Translations under genes and position numbers: made by a program
Shown: piece by piece, positions 40,822 to 51,846 of the stretch
Position numbering within the stretch: the first letter of the stretch is position 1
How the letters are laid out: each line of letters starts with the position of its first letter
Assembly (NCBI GenBank): GCA_026390635.1
Contig: JAPLFO010000139.1
Span: 34,333 to 98,332 of the forward strand
Length of the DNA: 64,000 nt
DNA from: Ignavibacteriales bacterium
GTDB lineage: Bacteria > Bacteroidota > Ignavibacteria > UBA10030 > UBA8401
Direction of reading: 5' to 3'
The notes under the pieces: model-generated
Database searches by the model: none
What the model was told of the DNA's origin: nothing
Seen by the model: the letters and a program-made list of their open reading frames with translations, nothing else

Positions 40822-41742
40822 TCACAATACCTCGCCAAGATCCAAATCGACGTCATAATTGCGACCGCCGATGGCGATACGCCCCCTTGATCCGCCCAGT
40901 GTGATGGTGAACGAGCGGTCAATTGTTCGTTCGGAATAGACGATTCCGCGAGTGACGCTGACGGTGGCGTGATACGTTCCGGTGATTGTTCCACCGGTCT
41001 TGGATGAGAGATTCAAGCGATCTCCGCGGGGACCGGTGACGCCGATGAATGTCATGCTGAGCGAATCATTCAGCGTTCGCACAGCATTGAGTGTCGTGAC
41101 AACATTACTTGCGACCCTTGTATAGGCGCCGCCGTTGATTGTGTTGATGGTGATTGTGGACGTATAGGCACCGGTGACCATCCACTCTGCGTGCAGAGAG
41201 CTGAGTGTATGGGAAAGACGACGCGTCTGGAATGTACCGGTTCCGCTTTGAATGATATGATGAACCGAATAGGCAGTATCAACCGCCCCGGTTCGGTCCA
41301 CGCTGCGCCAGTTTTTCAAAAAGGCACCAAACTTACTCAAGAACTGATATTTATAGACGCGATTGATTTCGGCATAGGGGACACCATTCACAATGCCGCG
41401 TTGGCGGCTAAGCGTCAACGTCCACCAACCGGTGGTGGAATCGTATTGCTTCTGTACGGTTGCCGGAGTGCCGTAGTAGGAAATTTCTGACATGCCCGGA
41501 GAAGCCTTTGCAAGCCCCGCACCAGTGGTAATGTCGAGCACATCTCCGACCTGATCGAGCGCACCGCCATTGTTGATGCCAACAGCGCCCGCGACGGATT
41601 CTGCCGCATCATCGGTGGCCGTGATTTCAGCGGCGGCAGCTGCGGGATTGTTGTCTTTCTTGCATCCTCCCCATGTCAATGCCGCGACCAGCAAAAGAGC
41701 CAAAAGGGGCACAAGCGCTTTCTGATATGTCGTTGATGTCAT
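40822..41742 (-). CDS. hypothetical lipoprotein
   Basis: The lipobox LTWGGC follows a signal peptide, and a GGAGG RBS precedes the ATG at 41740-41742. Thr/Gly-rich, no recognisable family. Confidence 0.5.
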   Translation of the reverse strand: MTSTTYQKALVPLLALLLVAALTWGGCKKDNNPAAAAAEITATDDAAESVAGAVGINNGGALDQVGDVLDITTGAGLAKASPGMSEISYYGTPATVQKQYDSTTGWWTLTLSRQRGIVNGVPYAEINRVYKYQFLSKFGAFLKNWRSVDRTGAVDTAYSVHHIIQSGTGTFQTRRLSHTLSSLHAEWMVTGAYTSTITINTINGGAYTRVASNVVTTLNAVRTLNDSLSMTFIGVTGPRGDRLNLSSKTGGTITGTYHATVSVTRGIVYSERTIDRSFTITLGGSRGRIAIGGRNYDVDLDLGEVL

Positions 41743-41845
41743 GAGTTGTTCCTCCAGAAAAATGTCTTTGGTTGCGCCCTCAACTTGGTGCCAGAGATTT
41801 TGAATCAACAAAAAAAATCGGCGAGTCTCTTGCCCCTATCTTCCA

Positions 41846-42220
41846 TTACTCCCGATTGCGCATGCGCTCCTGCATCTGCTTTCTGCGCTGCTCCTGAAGC
41901 TCTTCGTACTTCTTCTTCTGATCGGGCGTCAAGATCTTGGCAATTTCCTTGTCGGCGTGTTCTGTGTTTTTCGTCATCGCCGCACGCATGGCATCACGAT
42001 CATCCTGATTTGCTTCCCGATCTTTCTGCATCTGCTCCTGCGATTTTTGAAGAATGATTTTAATTTGTTCAGCTTGTTTGTCGGAAAGCTTGAGGGAGTC
42101 TGTCAGCATTTTCAGACGCTGTTCCATCCGCGGTCCGCGGGTACCACGATCCTGCGGTTGGGCTGACAGCGGAAGCGCGAAGAGCATAGCGGCAGCGAGA
42201 AGAAGAACTATTTTTTTCAT
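41846..42220 (-). CDS. periplasmic Spy/CpxP-like (LTxxQ motif) protein
   Basis: 124 aa from MKKIVLLLAAAML… with a signal peptide, a basic/acidic helical body and KILTPDQKKKYEEL (LTxxQ). Confidence 0.55.
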   Translation of the reverse strand: MKKIVLLLAAAMLFALPLSAQPQDRGTRGPRMEQRLKMLTDSLKLSDKQAEQIKIILQKSQEQMQKDREANQDDRDAMRAAMTKNTEHADKEIAKILTPDQKKKYEELQEQRRKQMQERMRNRE

Positions 42221-42429
42221 ATGAAGATTCCTTATATAAAAATGAATAAGTGATGGGTGAACAAGCGTCACAATAAAGGTCAGACACCCGTCGGCGGGTT
42301 GCGGTTTAATCGGAAAGAATGGCGGCGCCGCATCCATAACTCCGTCTCCACATTATTGCAGAAGGTGCAAAAAAGAGCTACATTTTCCAAACATTTTTCC
42401 GCACCAAAGCAAGTTCTGAAAATAGAAGG

Positions 42430-43365
42430 ATGCACCCGATGTGTTACTTTCGCCCAAGAGATATTCTTTGCTGCCTTCTGGCGGCCTTCATTGCGGCACC
42501 GGTCGTCGCAAACGCACAATCCATCGACACCGCGTTTTCCACGTATGGCCGATTGATTCGTGCGGCATTGTCGACGGCGCCATTTCCCCATCCGAAACGT
42601 GCCGACGGGCATAAATATCGGGACTCTCTTTATTCCGCCGCAGATCACTACCGGGATAGTTCTGTGGCGATCTTTGTTCCAAAGGGATTCCGGCGTTCAC
42701 TCACAACAGATTTTGTTGTCTATTTTCACGGATGGTTCAACAATATCGATTCGGTTCTTCGCCAGTATCGGTTGATTGAGCAGTTTATGGACAGCAAGAA
42801 GAATGCAATTCTTGTCATCCCGGAAGGGCCGCGTAACGCGCCGAACTCCTATGGCGGAAAACTGGAAGACGAAAATGGATTCAAGAAATTTATGACGGAT
42901 GTGGTAAAAGTCCTTGTGAAAACAAAGATTGTCCGATCCAAACAGGTTGGCCGTATTATTCTTGCCGGACACAGCGGCGGATACAACGTAATGTCCTATA
43001 TTGTACTGCGCGGCGGAATGAACGCGCATATTAAAGAACTCTACCTCTTTGATGCCTGGTACGGTCAGACTGAAAAATTCACCTACTGGCTCGATCATTT
43101 TAAGGGGCGGATTGTGAATATCTACACCGAGCAAGGGGGAACAAAATGGGAAACAGAAGCCGTGATGGAAGATCTGGATGGCTGGCACATTCCCTACGCG
43201 GCAACAGAAGACACGCTCGTCACACAGCGTCTGTTCCACAGGAACCGGCTTTTGTTTCTTCACACGGATCTTACCCATAACAACGTTGTGTCTGTGCGCA
43301 ATGCGTTTCGCGACTATCTTTCATCCAGCGTGCTGACAAATCGCGTCATCGACCGCAGGAAATAA
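42430..43365 (+). CDS. secreted alpha/beta-hydrolase-like protein
   Basis: 311 aa with a signal peptide and a nucleophile elbow ILAGHSGGY (GxSxG). Confidence 0.5.
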   Translation: MHPMCYFRPRDILCCLLAAFIAAPVVANAQSIDTAFSTYGRLIRAALSTAPFPHPKRADGHKYRDSLYSAADHYRDSSVAIFVPKGFRRSLTTDFVVYFHGWFNNIDSVLRQYRLIEQFMDSKKNAILVIPEGPRNAPNSYGGKLEDENGFKKFMTDVVKVLVKTKIVRSKQVGRIILAGHSGGYNVMSYIVLRGGMNAHIKELYLFDAWYGQTEKFTYWLDHFKGRIVNIYTEQGGTKWETEAVMEDLDGWHIPYAATEDTLVTQRLFHRNRLLFLHTDLTHNNVVSVRNAFRDYLSSSVLTNRVIDRRK

Positions 43366-43369
43366 CCGC

Positions 43370-45349
43370 ATGAGAAGGAACACCGTAATGAAGAGAATCG
43401 GATGGTGCACACAACTCGCACTTGTGATGGCCCTGGCCGCGGCCACAGCATCTGCGGCGCCGGAGACAGGGATCGCCAATTATGCGATCGACGTGACCCT
43501 CGATGCCGGAAAGAAAACGCTGCATGGAAAAGAAACGCTGAACTGGACCAACACATCGAACGATCTTGTGCGTGAACTGCAGCTTCACCTCTATCTGAAC
43601 GCGTTCAAGAATACCCGTTCCACATTTATCCGCGAATCCGGCGGGCGCTTGCGCGGCGATGTGATGGCGAAGGACGGGTGGGGATGGATCGATGTGGATT
43701 CGCTGACGGTGAACAGCGGTAAAAATCTTCCGGTCGCCTTTATTCATCCGGATGACGCCAACACCGACGACCGGACTGTGGTGCAGATCGATCTGCCGTC
43801 GCCGGTGCAACCACACCAGTCCATCGTTGTGCAGCTGTCGTTCACCGTTCAGCTGCCGAAAGTCTTCGCACGCTCCGGTTATCATGGTGATTTCTTTCTA
43901 GCAGGACAGTGGTTTCCGAAAGCGGGTGTGTATGAGGAAGGAAAAGGATGGAACTGTCATCAGTATCACGCAAACTCGGAATTCTTCGCGGACTTTGGAA
44001 CATATACGGTGCGCATTACAACGCCGCAGCGATTTATTGTCGGGGGGACGGGCGCGCTGCAGAAGGAGACAAAGAATTCTGACGGTACAAAAACAGTTTC
44101 TTATCACGCGGAAAACGTTCATGATTTTGCCTGGACCGCCTGTCCCGACTATCTGGATCTAAACGAGCGGTGGAAAAACATTTCGATACGGCTCTTGCTC
44201 CAGCCGCAGCATCGCGATCAGGCGGAACGTCATTTCCAGGCCGCAAAAGCGGCTCTTGAATACTGCGACACACACATTGGACCGTATCCATATGCAACAC
44301 TGACGATTGTCGATCCAGCGTACGGTGCATCCGGTGCAGAGGGAATGGAATATCCGACATTTATTACAGCGGGAACCATGCAGTTCTTCGGTACGTGGCT
44401 GCGCATGCCGGAAGCGGGGACGGTGCATGAATTTGGACATCAGTATTTCTACGGCATGCTCGCCACAAACGAATTTGAACATCCATGGATGGACGAGGGA
44501 ATGACTCAATATCTGGAATCCCGCATTATGGATGAGACGTACGGCGCCGGAAGCTCGCTTGCTTCTCCATTTGGATTTGCAGTCGGGGACGCGGAGCTTT
44601 CGCGCGCGATGTACGTCCTGATGCGGAATCCCAAAATTGCACCGCTATCGATGATGGCCTGGAAATTTCCCCCGGGATCATATTCGTCGCTTGCCTACGG
44701 AAAGACTGCGGTTGTCCTGACGACGCTGGAGAGATTGATCGGCCGGGCTGCAATGGATTCGGTGTTGAGGACGTACTACGGCCGCTGGCGATTCAAACAC
44801 CCGGCGCCCGCCGATTTCATTGCCATTGTGAACGAGATTGCTCCGCACATGACAAAGAGCAAATACGGTACAACATTCAACTGGTTTTTTGATCAGACGC
44901 TGTTCGGCACAGACGTCTGCGACTATGAACTGACATCGATTGCCGTGAACAAGATCGAATCCATGGCGGGGCTCGTGGAGAAGAATGGATCCAAGGTTCC
45001 GATCGAGAAAAGTAACGATACGTCATCCACACCGCGCTACGAATCGGTTGTGTGTGTATCGCGTCTCGGCGATGTGCAGATCCCCGTCTCAATCCTGATC
45101 CGGTTCGACAATGGAGAAGAAGTCCGCGAAGAATGGGACGGCCGATCGCGCACTGTGGAATTTCGTTATGAGCGTGCGGCACGAGCTATCTGGGCAGGTG
45201 TAGATCCTGAAGCAAAACTTATAATAGACATCAACAGAATCAACAATACCAGGACTGCCGAAACTGCGCAGGGTGCTATTTGGAAATATGCCGTGAAGAT
45301 GCTCTTCTGGGTTCAACAACTCCTCCACTGGTCACTTCTCGTTGCGTGA
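43370..45349 (+). CDS. M1-family zinc metallopeptidase (aminopeptidase N-like)
   Basis: 659 aa with a signal peptide and HEFGHQYFYGMLATNEFEHPWMDEG (HExxH…E gluzincin motif). Confidence 0.8.
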   Translation: MRRNTVMKRIGWCTQLALVMALAAATASAAPETGIANYAIDVTLDAGKKTLHGKETLNWTNTSNDLVRELQLHLYLNAFKNTRSTFIRESGGRLRGDVMAKDGWGWIDVDSLTVNSGKNLPVAFIHPDDANTDDRTVVQIDLPSPVQPHQSIVVQLSFTVQLPKVFARSGYHGDFFLAGQWFPKAGVYEEGKGWNCHQYHANSEFFADFGTYTVRITTPQRFIVGGTGALQKETKNSDGTKTVSYHAENVHDFAWTACPDYLDLNERWKNISIRLLLQPQHRDQAERHFQAAKAALEYCDTHIGPYPYATLTIVDPAYGASGAEGMEYPTFITAGTMQFFGTWLRMPEAGTVHEFGHQYFYGMLATNEFEHPWMDEGMTQYLESRIMDETYGAGSSLASPFGFAVGDAELSRAMYVLMRNPKIAPLSMMAWKFPPGSYSSLAYGKTAVVLTTLERLIGRAAMDSVLRTYYGRWRFKHPAPADFIAIVNEIAPHMTKSKYGTTFNWFFDQTLFGTDVCDYELTSIAVNKIESMAGLVEKNGSKVPIEKSNDTSSTPRYESVVCVSRLGDVQIPVSILIRFDNGEEVREEWDGRSRTVEFRYERAARAIWAGVDPEAKLIIDINRINNTRTAETAQGAIWKYAVKMLFWVQQLLHWSLLVA

Positions 45350-46232
45350 AAGGATCGCCATGATTGTACGTGTACTGCAAACAGGATGGAGGCACGCCGT
45401 CGCACAATGGAGGATGGCGGCGCTTCTCTATGCGGTGAATCTCTCGGCCGCACTTCTTCCGGCGCTCGCGTTTCGCTCATCGGCTTCGTCGCTGGGAACA
45501 TTTCCCGCAGTGCAGGACCTGCTGTCCGTCTTTCGTTTTTCCACATTCATTGATGTTTTGCGTGTCTATGGAAGAGAAGTGACGGGAGTTCTGCCGGTAC
45601 TGCCATGGCTGGTGCTTCTGTTCATTGTGATCAATACATTTCTTGCCGGAGGAATTGTCGCCTCATTTTGCGGAATGGAGATGGAGTTTTCCGGCAAGGG
45701 ATTCTTCTCCTCATGCGCAGAGTACTTCTTCCGGTTTCTTCGCCTGTTGCTGTTATGGGGAGTGTGTGTCGTCATCGTGTCGGGGCTCTCTCTGGGAATC
45801 ATGGCTGTGGCATGGAGCTGGATCACAGACAACGCTCAGACAGAAACAGCCGGATTGACGGTTCTGGCGGTTGCCGGATTCGTGTTTCTTCTTATTGCAA
45901 CGTGGATGGTCGCAATTGCAGACTATGCACGGATTATTGTTGTTGCCAACGATGAGCGGCGCGTGTTTCGCGCATTCGTGGGCGGCGCCAAATTTGTTGC
46001 CGGGAATCTCTTTCGCACACTTCTCGTGCTCCTTGTGCCGCTGCTGATATTTGTCATCGCTCTTGTCATCTACTTTGTCAAGGAAGATTGGCTGGGAATG
46101 ACGTCGGCGGGAACCGTGTTCCTTGTTTTTGTATTGCAGCAGGCGTTGACGATGGTCAGACACTGGCTGCACATTTTTGCGTATGCATCGGAGACAACAC
46201 TGTATATGGACCAGGTGCCGATGATTGTGTAA
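45342..46232 (+). CDS. hypothetical polytopic membrane protein
   Basis: 296 aa with several hydrophobic segments. It overlaps the M1 peptidase gene by 8 nt, so the two are probably co-transcribed. Confidence 0.5.
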   Translation: MRERIAMIVRVLQTGWRHAVAQWRMAALLYAVNLSAALLPALAFRSSASSLGTFPAVQDLLSVFRFSTFIDVLRVYGREVTGVLPVLPWLVLLFIVINTFLAGGIVASFCGMEMEFSGKGFFSSCAEYFFRFLRLLLLWGVCVVIVSGLSLGIMAVAWSWITDNAQTETAGLTVLAVAGFVFLLIATWMVAIADYARIIVVANDERRVFRAFVGGAKFVAGNLFRTLLVLLVPLLIFVIALVIYFVKEDWLGMTSAGTVFLVFVLQQALTMVRHWLHIFAYASETTLYMDQVPMIV

Positions 46233-46270
46233 GATGATGGCCCGGTCTGCATTATGAAAATTTCCCCGGT

Positions 46271-48511
46271 TCAACGAAGCAGGATAAGTTTCTTTGTTGA
46301 CACGAAATTGTCTGCCGCGAGTCTGCAAAAGTAAACACCGCTCGCACAGCGGGATGCATTCCACCTCACCGAATATTTTCCCGCAGGTTTTTTCTCATCC
46401 ACCAGCACCGCCACTTCGCGACCGAGGAGATCGAATACTTTCACCATAATACATGATTGCCGAGGGATGTTGTATTCGATAGTTGTGCTTGGATTAAAAG
46501 GGTTTGGATAATTCTGGCACAAAGAAAATTCCTTGGGGAATCGTTCGGCGGCTACCGGAACGGGAGTAGCAATTGAATTCCTGTATGATATTTCGCGCGA
46601 CGTTCCGATGGACTTATCGGTGAATCGAATACTATAATAGAACGAAAGATTCCAGTTCACCGGAGGTGTTTTCAAGATACATGCCCATATGGTGTCATTT
46701 GCCGCACCGTCACCATGCAGTCCGTCGTTGAAGAACTGGGCGCTGTCTGCAACGACATCGCTTGTGGTGAATAATTTGCCGGTGAGAGCAAGATTATGAT
46801 TGAGAGGATTCCGAACGGTTACACTCAGAACGATGGTATCTCTCTGGCGGTAATTCATCTTGTCGGTGACAGGGGAAGATGCGTATGCCACTGCATTGAT
46901 CCATTCGACCGCCTGCTTCACCACGTCATCCTCGCCGCATACAGCGCCTTCCTGTGTCAGCCATACATCTTTGTCTACAGGAAAGCTTTTATGAATCAAA
47001 TATCCTTCATTATTATATGTGGTGAATATTGATCCATTATCAACCCGGTAGTAGTATGAACCAGCCCATCGTTTATCTCCGGTAAAATATGCAGTGTAAG
47101 CTCCATTCGTCCGCTTCCCAAAAAAACGAGCCATAGGATGAAACCGCATTCGAAACGCGTTATAGTCTCCTGAACTTCCGCAGTTTGGTCCGACAAGAAC
47201 CGCGATCGGCCGGTCAAAAATGAACGTGCCGGGAGTAAAATTCTCTGCTGCCCTTGGAGTAGTGATGGTAAACTCATTGTGCGCGCCGCCGGATATCCTC
47301 TTTGCCTGTGAATAATTCTTTGTCGGATCAAAATTGAATATCTGCTTGAATCCATCGTTGGCATATTCCGTGAGACCGCCTGCATTAGTTCGAAAATCCA
47401 GAACGAGGCCGGATAACCCAGGCGTCTGAAGCAGATCGGTCATTGCCTGACCAAAAAGGATTCTTGTTTGATTTGTAGATGCAGGAACACCCATCCAGTC
47501 CCATGCATAGATATATCCAATTTTAGTACCTTCAACAATTCCCGATGAGACGAATTTCTTCGCTGCAAAATTAGGGAACGGAACTCCTTTAACGGGAAGC
47601 TGTTCCGTCGCAACAAAATATGGAGGCGTGATACTTTTTAAGAGGGATGTTGGCAGATGGACGGTGTCTTTCGTCCAATACCTGAATATGTCGATGGTGT
47701 CAAAAAGCCCCCAGTTCATTCCCACGCTCATGGTTGAAACATGAAAGGCGACGTATGGTGTCGATCCAAGAAGACAAGCACCATAGCTGATCGGCAATTC
47801 GGCATCGAGAATCTCCTTCACGAGATCCTTCCAGGGAATTCCATCATACCCAAGAACGATGTCTCCTGGATGCAGACCGAGAGGATGATTAGGCATAACG
47901 CTGTACACCAGCGCAGTACTGTCAGGGAGAGCCGTCACACCGGCGCCAAAACAAGTCTGGAAAAAGCATGGATTCACACTGAAAATCGGTATGCCCGGTT
48001 TGTACACGTAGGAGGTGAATGGATATTCGGTGACAGTATAGTATTTAAACGTGCTGTCGATCCCAGTGTCGAGAGCATATGAATGCCATTCATTAAGCGC
48101 CCTGGACATGCGGGTCAGAATTCCATAAAAACGGCCGCGGCTCACGCCTGCTGCAACTTGCGGACGATAAACACTTTTCAAGGAATCCCAATTGACAGTA
48201 GTATTTGGAAATCCGCCCCAGGTTTGATCGAAAAGTGTCCAATAGAAGTCGAAGAAATTGAGCTTTTCCGCAGCGGAGATTCCCGAACCCCACGCTGAAT
48301 CAATGAGATTCCTCCAGTCTTTTACCGTGTAATGACCCAGCCGCTTCATCGCTGCAGGATTCTGGAATTGCCATGCAGTCTGTGCGGATGATGCAGCGGA
48401 ATTCGCCGCACCCCGTGATTGGAACAACTCACCAGAAACTTGTTGTTCTGTTTGACCAACGAGAGTGTGGCAAACAATCAAGACCGGAAGAAGCCAACAG
48501 GTCTGTTTCAT
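46271..48511 (-). CDS. T9SS-sorted S41-like serine peptidase (PDZ + C-terminal Por secretion domain)
   Basis: 746 aa with a signal peptide, a PDZ-like GLHPGDIVLGYDGIPWKDL, an S41-like IAVLVGPNCGSSGDYNAF, and a C-terminal …FNPSTTIEYNIPRQSCIMVKVFDLLGREVAVLVDEKKPAGKYSVRWNASRCASGVYFCRL… (T9SS CTD). Confidence 0.65.
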   Translation of the reverse strand: MKQTCWLLPVLIVCHTLVGQTEQQVSGELFQSRGAANSAASSAQTAWQFQNPAAMKRLGHYTVKDWRNLIDSAWGSGISAAEKLNFFDFYWTLFDQTWGGFPNTTVNWDSLKSVYRPQVAAGVSRGRFYGILTRMSRALNEWHSYALDTGIDSTFKYYTVTEYPFTSYVYKPGIPIFSVNPCFFQTCFGAGVTALPDSTALVYSVMPNHPLGLHPGDIVLGYDGIPWKDLVKEILDAELPISYGACLLGSTPYVAFHVSTMSVGMNWGLFDTIDIFRYWTKDTVHLPTSLLKSITPPYFVATEQLPVKGVPFPNFAAKKFVSSGIVEGTKIGYIYAWDWMGVPASTNQTRILFGQAMTDLLQTPGLSGLVLDFRTNAGGLTEYANDGFKQIFNFDPTKNYSQAKRISGGAHNEFTITTPRAAENFTPGTFIFDRPIAVLVGPNCGSSGDYNAFRMRFHPMARFFGKRTNGAYTAYFTGDKRWAGSYYYRVDNGSIFTTYNNEGYLIHKSFPVDKDVWLTQEGAVCGEDDVVKQAVEWINAVAYASSPVTDKMNYRQRDTIVLSVTVRNPLNHNLALTGKLFTTSDVVADSAQFFNDGLHGDGAANDTIWACILKTPPVNWNLSFYYSIRFTDKSIGTSREISYRNSIATPVPVAAERFPKEFSLCQNYPNPFNPSTTIEYNIPRQSCIMVKVFDLLGREVAVLVDEKKPAGKYSVRWNASRCASGVYFCRLAADNFVSTKKLILLR

Positions 48512-48556
48512 GCAACCTCCGAAAAATATATTAGTGGAAAAAAGACGGTCTTCGCC

Positions 48557-51121
48557 CTATTTCACCACCATACACTTTTTCGTTTCCGAAAATAATCTTT
48601 CCCCTCCCGCCGCGTCTAATCTGTAAAAGTAGATACCGCTGGATATTGCTGACGCGTCCCATGTCACCGAATATTTCCCCGCTGGTTTTTCCTCATTGAC
48701 CAACACCGCTACCTCGCGACCGAGGAGATCGAAAACCTGCAATCTAATAATTGCTGAATTTGGAATTGAAAATGCGATCGATGTTGACGGGTTAAATGGA
48801 TTAGGATGGTTCTGGTGCAGGAAATATTGTGCCGGCAGATTATTTTCTTGCACCACACTGTTCGTCGACGGTTGGACCAGCAACGAGACTGTGTCAATCC
48901 ACGCCGGATACTCTTCCGTCATGATATTCATCAGGAGTTGCACCCTAATATTGGGCGGACAGACAGGTTGGATTTTCAGTGCCCGGGGAACTTCTGCCAG
49001 TGCCTCTTTACCCGGAAGCAGATTGCCATAAATAAGCTGGTCCGTACCGCTGGTGATTGATACCATAGTATCCAACACAGCTATCGTTGCGGTCACATTT
49101 CTAACAGTATCTGTCTTTCCATTATTGATGAGTCGGAATTTAACACGAATCACGTCTCCCGGATTTGGAATTGTATCAGTCGATGTGTACGTCCACCCCT
49201 TCAAGTTCACCGGTCCATTGGTGAAGAACCGTTGTGCATTTTGAAGATGACGGTATGTTCCGGCCGTGATATCTGTAGTCCGCAGCGAAACTCCGTATGT
49301 ACTTTCTTTGGTTGGCGGTCCGATTCTTCCTCCATACACCTTATCGCCCGCGACCCCATCGTTGTGTAGACCATCATCAAGCAATTGGCAGCTGTCCACG
49401 AGTGCTCCTGCTCGATCAGAGAGATAGGACCAGACAGACACCGCATGCTTTTGCGGATTCTCGACCGTCGTCGTTACCCTGATCGTGTCTTGCGCTGGCT
49501 TCCCAAATTGTTTTGCGAGCGTCACGTCATGGCCATGCGTGAGCCCCGCAATCCACTCAAGGGCACGCTTGACTATCGTATCGTCTCCTTTCGCCACATC
49601 ATCCTTTGCAAACCACACTCTCTCATCGACGTCAAATCCTTTGTGAACCAGGTGTCCCTCGCCCGGATAGTTCGAGTAGGCTCCTTCTTTCGATACCCCA
49701 TAGTACCAAAGATTGTTTAGATAGTAGCCCTCCATGGAAGATAGGCCGTACGCGGTTGACGTCGGCTTTCCAAAGAACCGAACCATCGGATGACTTCTCA
49801 TAAAGAATGCTCCCCAATCACCGATACTCCCGCATTCAGGGCCAGTCAATACTGCGATCGGTCGATCGTAGAACTTCTGCTTCGGCGGCACACTGTAGCT
49901 CAAACGAGCGACCTTAAAGTCCATCTTGTCCGACGTGCTCGTTCTGGTCGCATCTGATAGCCACACCCACGGATCACTGTTAAACAGTCCACCAAGTTCC
50001 GACAGGAGTTTGGTGGAACCCCCTCCATTCACTCGAAAATCAATGATGAGACCATCGACTTTCTTGACATTTGTAAGTTCGTTGACGGCGGCGCTCACCA
50101 GCGAGGTGGTTGAGTACCAGTCCCGGATGTAGACATAACCCACATTCGTTCCTTCGACAATACCCCTCGTGCATTGCGGGCCTTGGTAGCGTTCGACGAT
50201 CGGAACGCCTTTCACAGGAAGCTGTTCAGCATAGCCAAAACTGTCCCAGTCTGTATTGTCCAACTTCCAGGTGGGAAGATGCACGGTATCACTGGTGGAA
50301 TACCTGATGACATCGAGAGAATCGAAGAGATACCAGTTGCACGCTGCTGATGTCAGAAGGTTGTGCGTCCAGCTTTCGGGCGAAGCGCCCCACATTGATA
50401 GTCCCCAATTGAGGGAAGCTACAGGAAGTTGAGCATCCAGGAGCTGCCGTATGAGTTGCTTCCAGGGAACGCGATCGTAACCAAGGACGATATCGCCCGC
50501 TTTCAGTCCCAACGGCTGGTGAGGGTCCACCTGGATCACAAGCAACGAACTGTCAGGCAGAGGGGTCATTGTCGCTCCCATGCCCCAGGCACACCAGCCG
50601 GAAATCCCGAGAATCGGCACTCCGCGCGGTCGATGGCTTGAGCCACGAAAACTCACGCTGTCAATACCCTGATCGATAATCAGCGTGTGCCCGTCGCGCA
50701 AAGCGAGAACCATATTCGACAAGATTCCGGCGAAACGGCCACGACTGACGCCTTGAGCTACTTCGGGGCGGAAAACGTTTTTCAGCGAGTCCCAGTTTAC
50801 ATCGAGGTTCGGGAAACCTCCGTAGTACATATTGACGTTGTTCCAGAAGCCGTCGAAGATCTGAAGCTTTTGGTCGGTTGGTAGTCCGGGGCCCCAAGTG
50901 GAATCGATGAGCCTCCGCCAATCATCCTTCGAATACTGCGACGCCTTCTTGCCAGAGATTCTGTATCGCGGGAAACTTTCCGATTGTGGTTGTGGCGGGG
51001 ACAAAGATAGCCTGACACGCCTGTGAGTAATATCGGGTGGTATTTCCTGTGCGCTTGCCGATAGCTCCATCAGCAAATAGAGCGCCCCGGCGCAAAGCAA
51101 GAATCCGAGTGCTGTTTTCAT
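48557..51121 (-). CDS. T9SS-sorted S41-like serine peptidase, tandem paralog of the upstream gene
   Basis: 854 aa. Long blocks match the neighbour (…NWDSLKNVFRPEVAQGVSRGRFAGIL…, IAVLTGPECGSIGDWGAF) and a T9SS CTD is present (…FNPSTSIAFSIPNSAIIRLQVFDLLGREVAVLVNEEKPAGKYSVTWDASAISSGIYFYRL…). Confidence 0.65.
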   Translation of the reverse strand: MKTALGFLLCAGALYLLMELSASAQEIPPDITHRRVRLSLSPPQPQSESFPRYRISGKKASQYSKDDWRRLIDSTWGPGLPTDQKLQIFDGFWNNVNMYYGGFPNLDVNWDSLKNVFRPEVAQGVSRGRFAGILSNMVLALRDGHTLIIDQGIDSVSFRGSSHRPRGVPILGISGWCAWGMGATMTPLPDSSLLVIQVDPHQPLGLKAGDIVLGYDRVPWKQLIRQLLDAQLPVASLNWGLSMWGASPESWTHNLLTSAACNWYLFDSLDVIRYSTSDTVHLPTWKLDNTDWDSFGYAEQLPVKGVPIVERYQGPQCTRGIVEGTNVGYVYIRDWYSTTSLVSAAVNELTNVKKVDGLIIDFRVNGGGSTKLLSELGGLFNSDPWVWLSDATRTSTSDKMDFKVARLSYSVPPKQKFYDRPIAVLTGPECGSIGDWGAFFMRSHPMVRFFGKPTSTAYGLSSMEGYYLNNLWYYGVSKEGAYSNYPGEGHLVHKGFDVDERVWFAKDDVAKGDDTIVKRALEWIAGLTHGHDVTLAKQFGKPAQDTIRVTTTVENPQKHAVSVWSYLSDRAGALVDSCQLLDDGLHNDGVAGDKVYGGRIGPPTKESTYGVSLRTTDITAGTYRHLQNAQRFFTNGPVNLKGWTYTSTDTIPNPGDVIRVKFRLINNGKTDTVRNVTATIAVLDTMVSITSGTDQLIYGNLLPGKEALAEVPRALKIQPVCPPNIRVQLLMNIMTEEYPAWIDTVSLLVQPSTNSVVQENNLPAQYFLHQNHPNPFNPSTSIAFSIPNSAIIRLQVFDLLGREVAVLVNEEKPAGKYSVTWDASAISSGIYFYRLDAAGGERLFSETKKCMVVK

Positions 51122-51749
51122 GCTAATCCTTCTTCTGATTGAACAGATCGGTCACTAGCTAAGTGATACTAAATAACAGTCGCGGACCGCTAGGCCATGA
51201 ACGTACCTCGAAGTGGCAGTTGGCGCGCAGCGAACGAGCTGACTCATGTCGACAATCCGCTTTCCGACCATGGATCACCATGATTAAAAGATATCCGACG
51301 GCACAAAAATAATAAAGCCCCCGCCGGCTTATCGCCAACAGAGGCTTCTAGGTATTAACGGTAGTGTTGCCAGCGCTTAGGAGTCCTCCGGTGAGGACAG
51401 CTGGGTCAATGTGTGTGTGCAAATCTATGGGAATTCGAGACAACTTTCAACCCCCGAGGCTTTCGCAGCACACAGTGTGAAGAATCACTCGCATTGGAGT
51501 AAGTCCTGAAAAACAGGCCATTTACTCCTTGATTTGCATACCGAAACAATGTCTAAGCAATTGTGGATATTTTCTCCTCACAAAACAACAATATCAGAGC
51601 GCCGTCCCCTAACGAGATATGGACGAAAATCTAGCTTTCGTATCAATCACATTAAGCTCACAATTGTCCAAAATAACTATCGCCGGACCTTCGAAAAATA
51701 TGGAAGCAAAACAAGGCGAACGAAGCGGCCGCACGGCCCCTCGACGCGG

Positions 51750-51846
51750 CATCGCTTCGCGATACCTTGCTCGGGGTGACGCAACACGTCATGGTGAGCG
51801 AGGGAGCCCCGTTGCACGGGGTAAACTCCGCGACCGAGTCGAACCA
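51750..51846. repeat. intergenic structured element, copy A, related to the element at 54257-54330
   Basis: …atcgcttcgcgataccttgctcggggtgacgcaacacgtcatggtgagcgagggagccccgttgcacggggtaaactccgcgaccgagtcgaacc…. Shares tcgcttcgc…tgacgcaa…gtca…catggtgagc…cggg…tcgaac blocks with copy B, and the hairpins differ by compensating changes. Confidence 0.4.
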
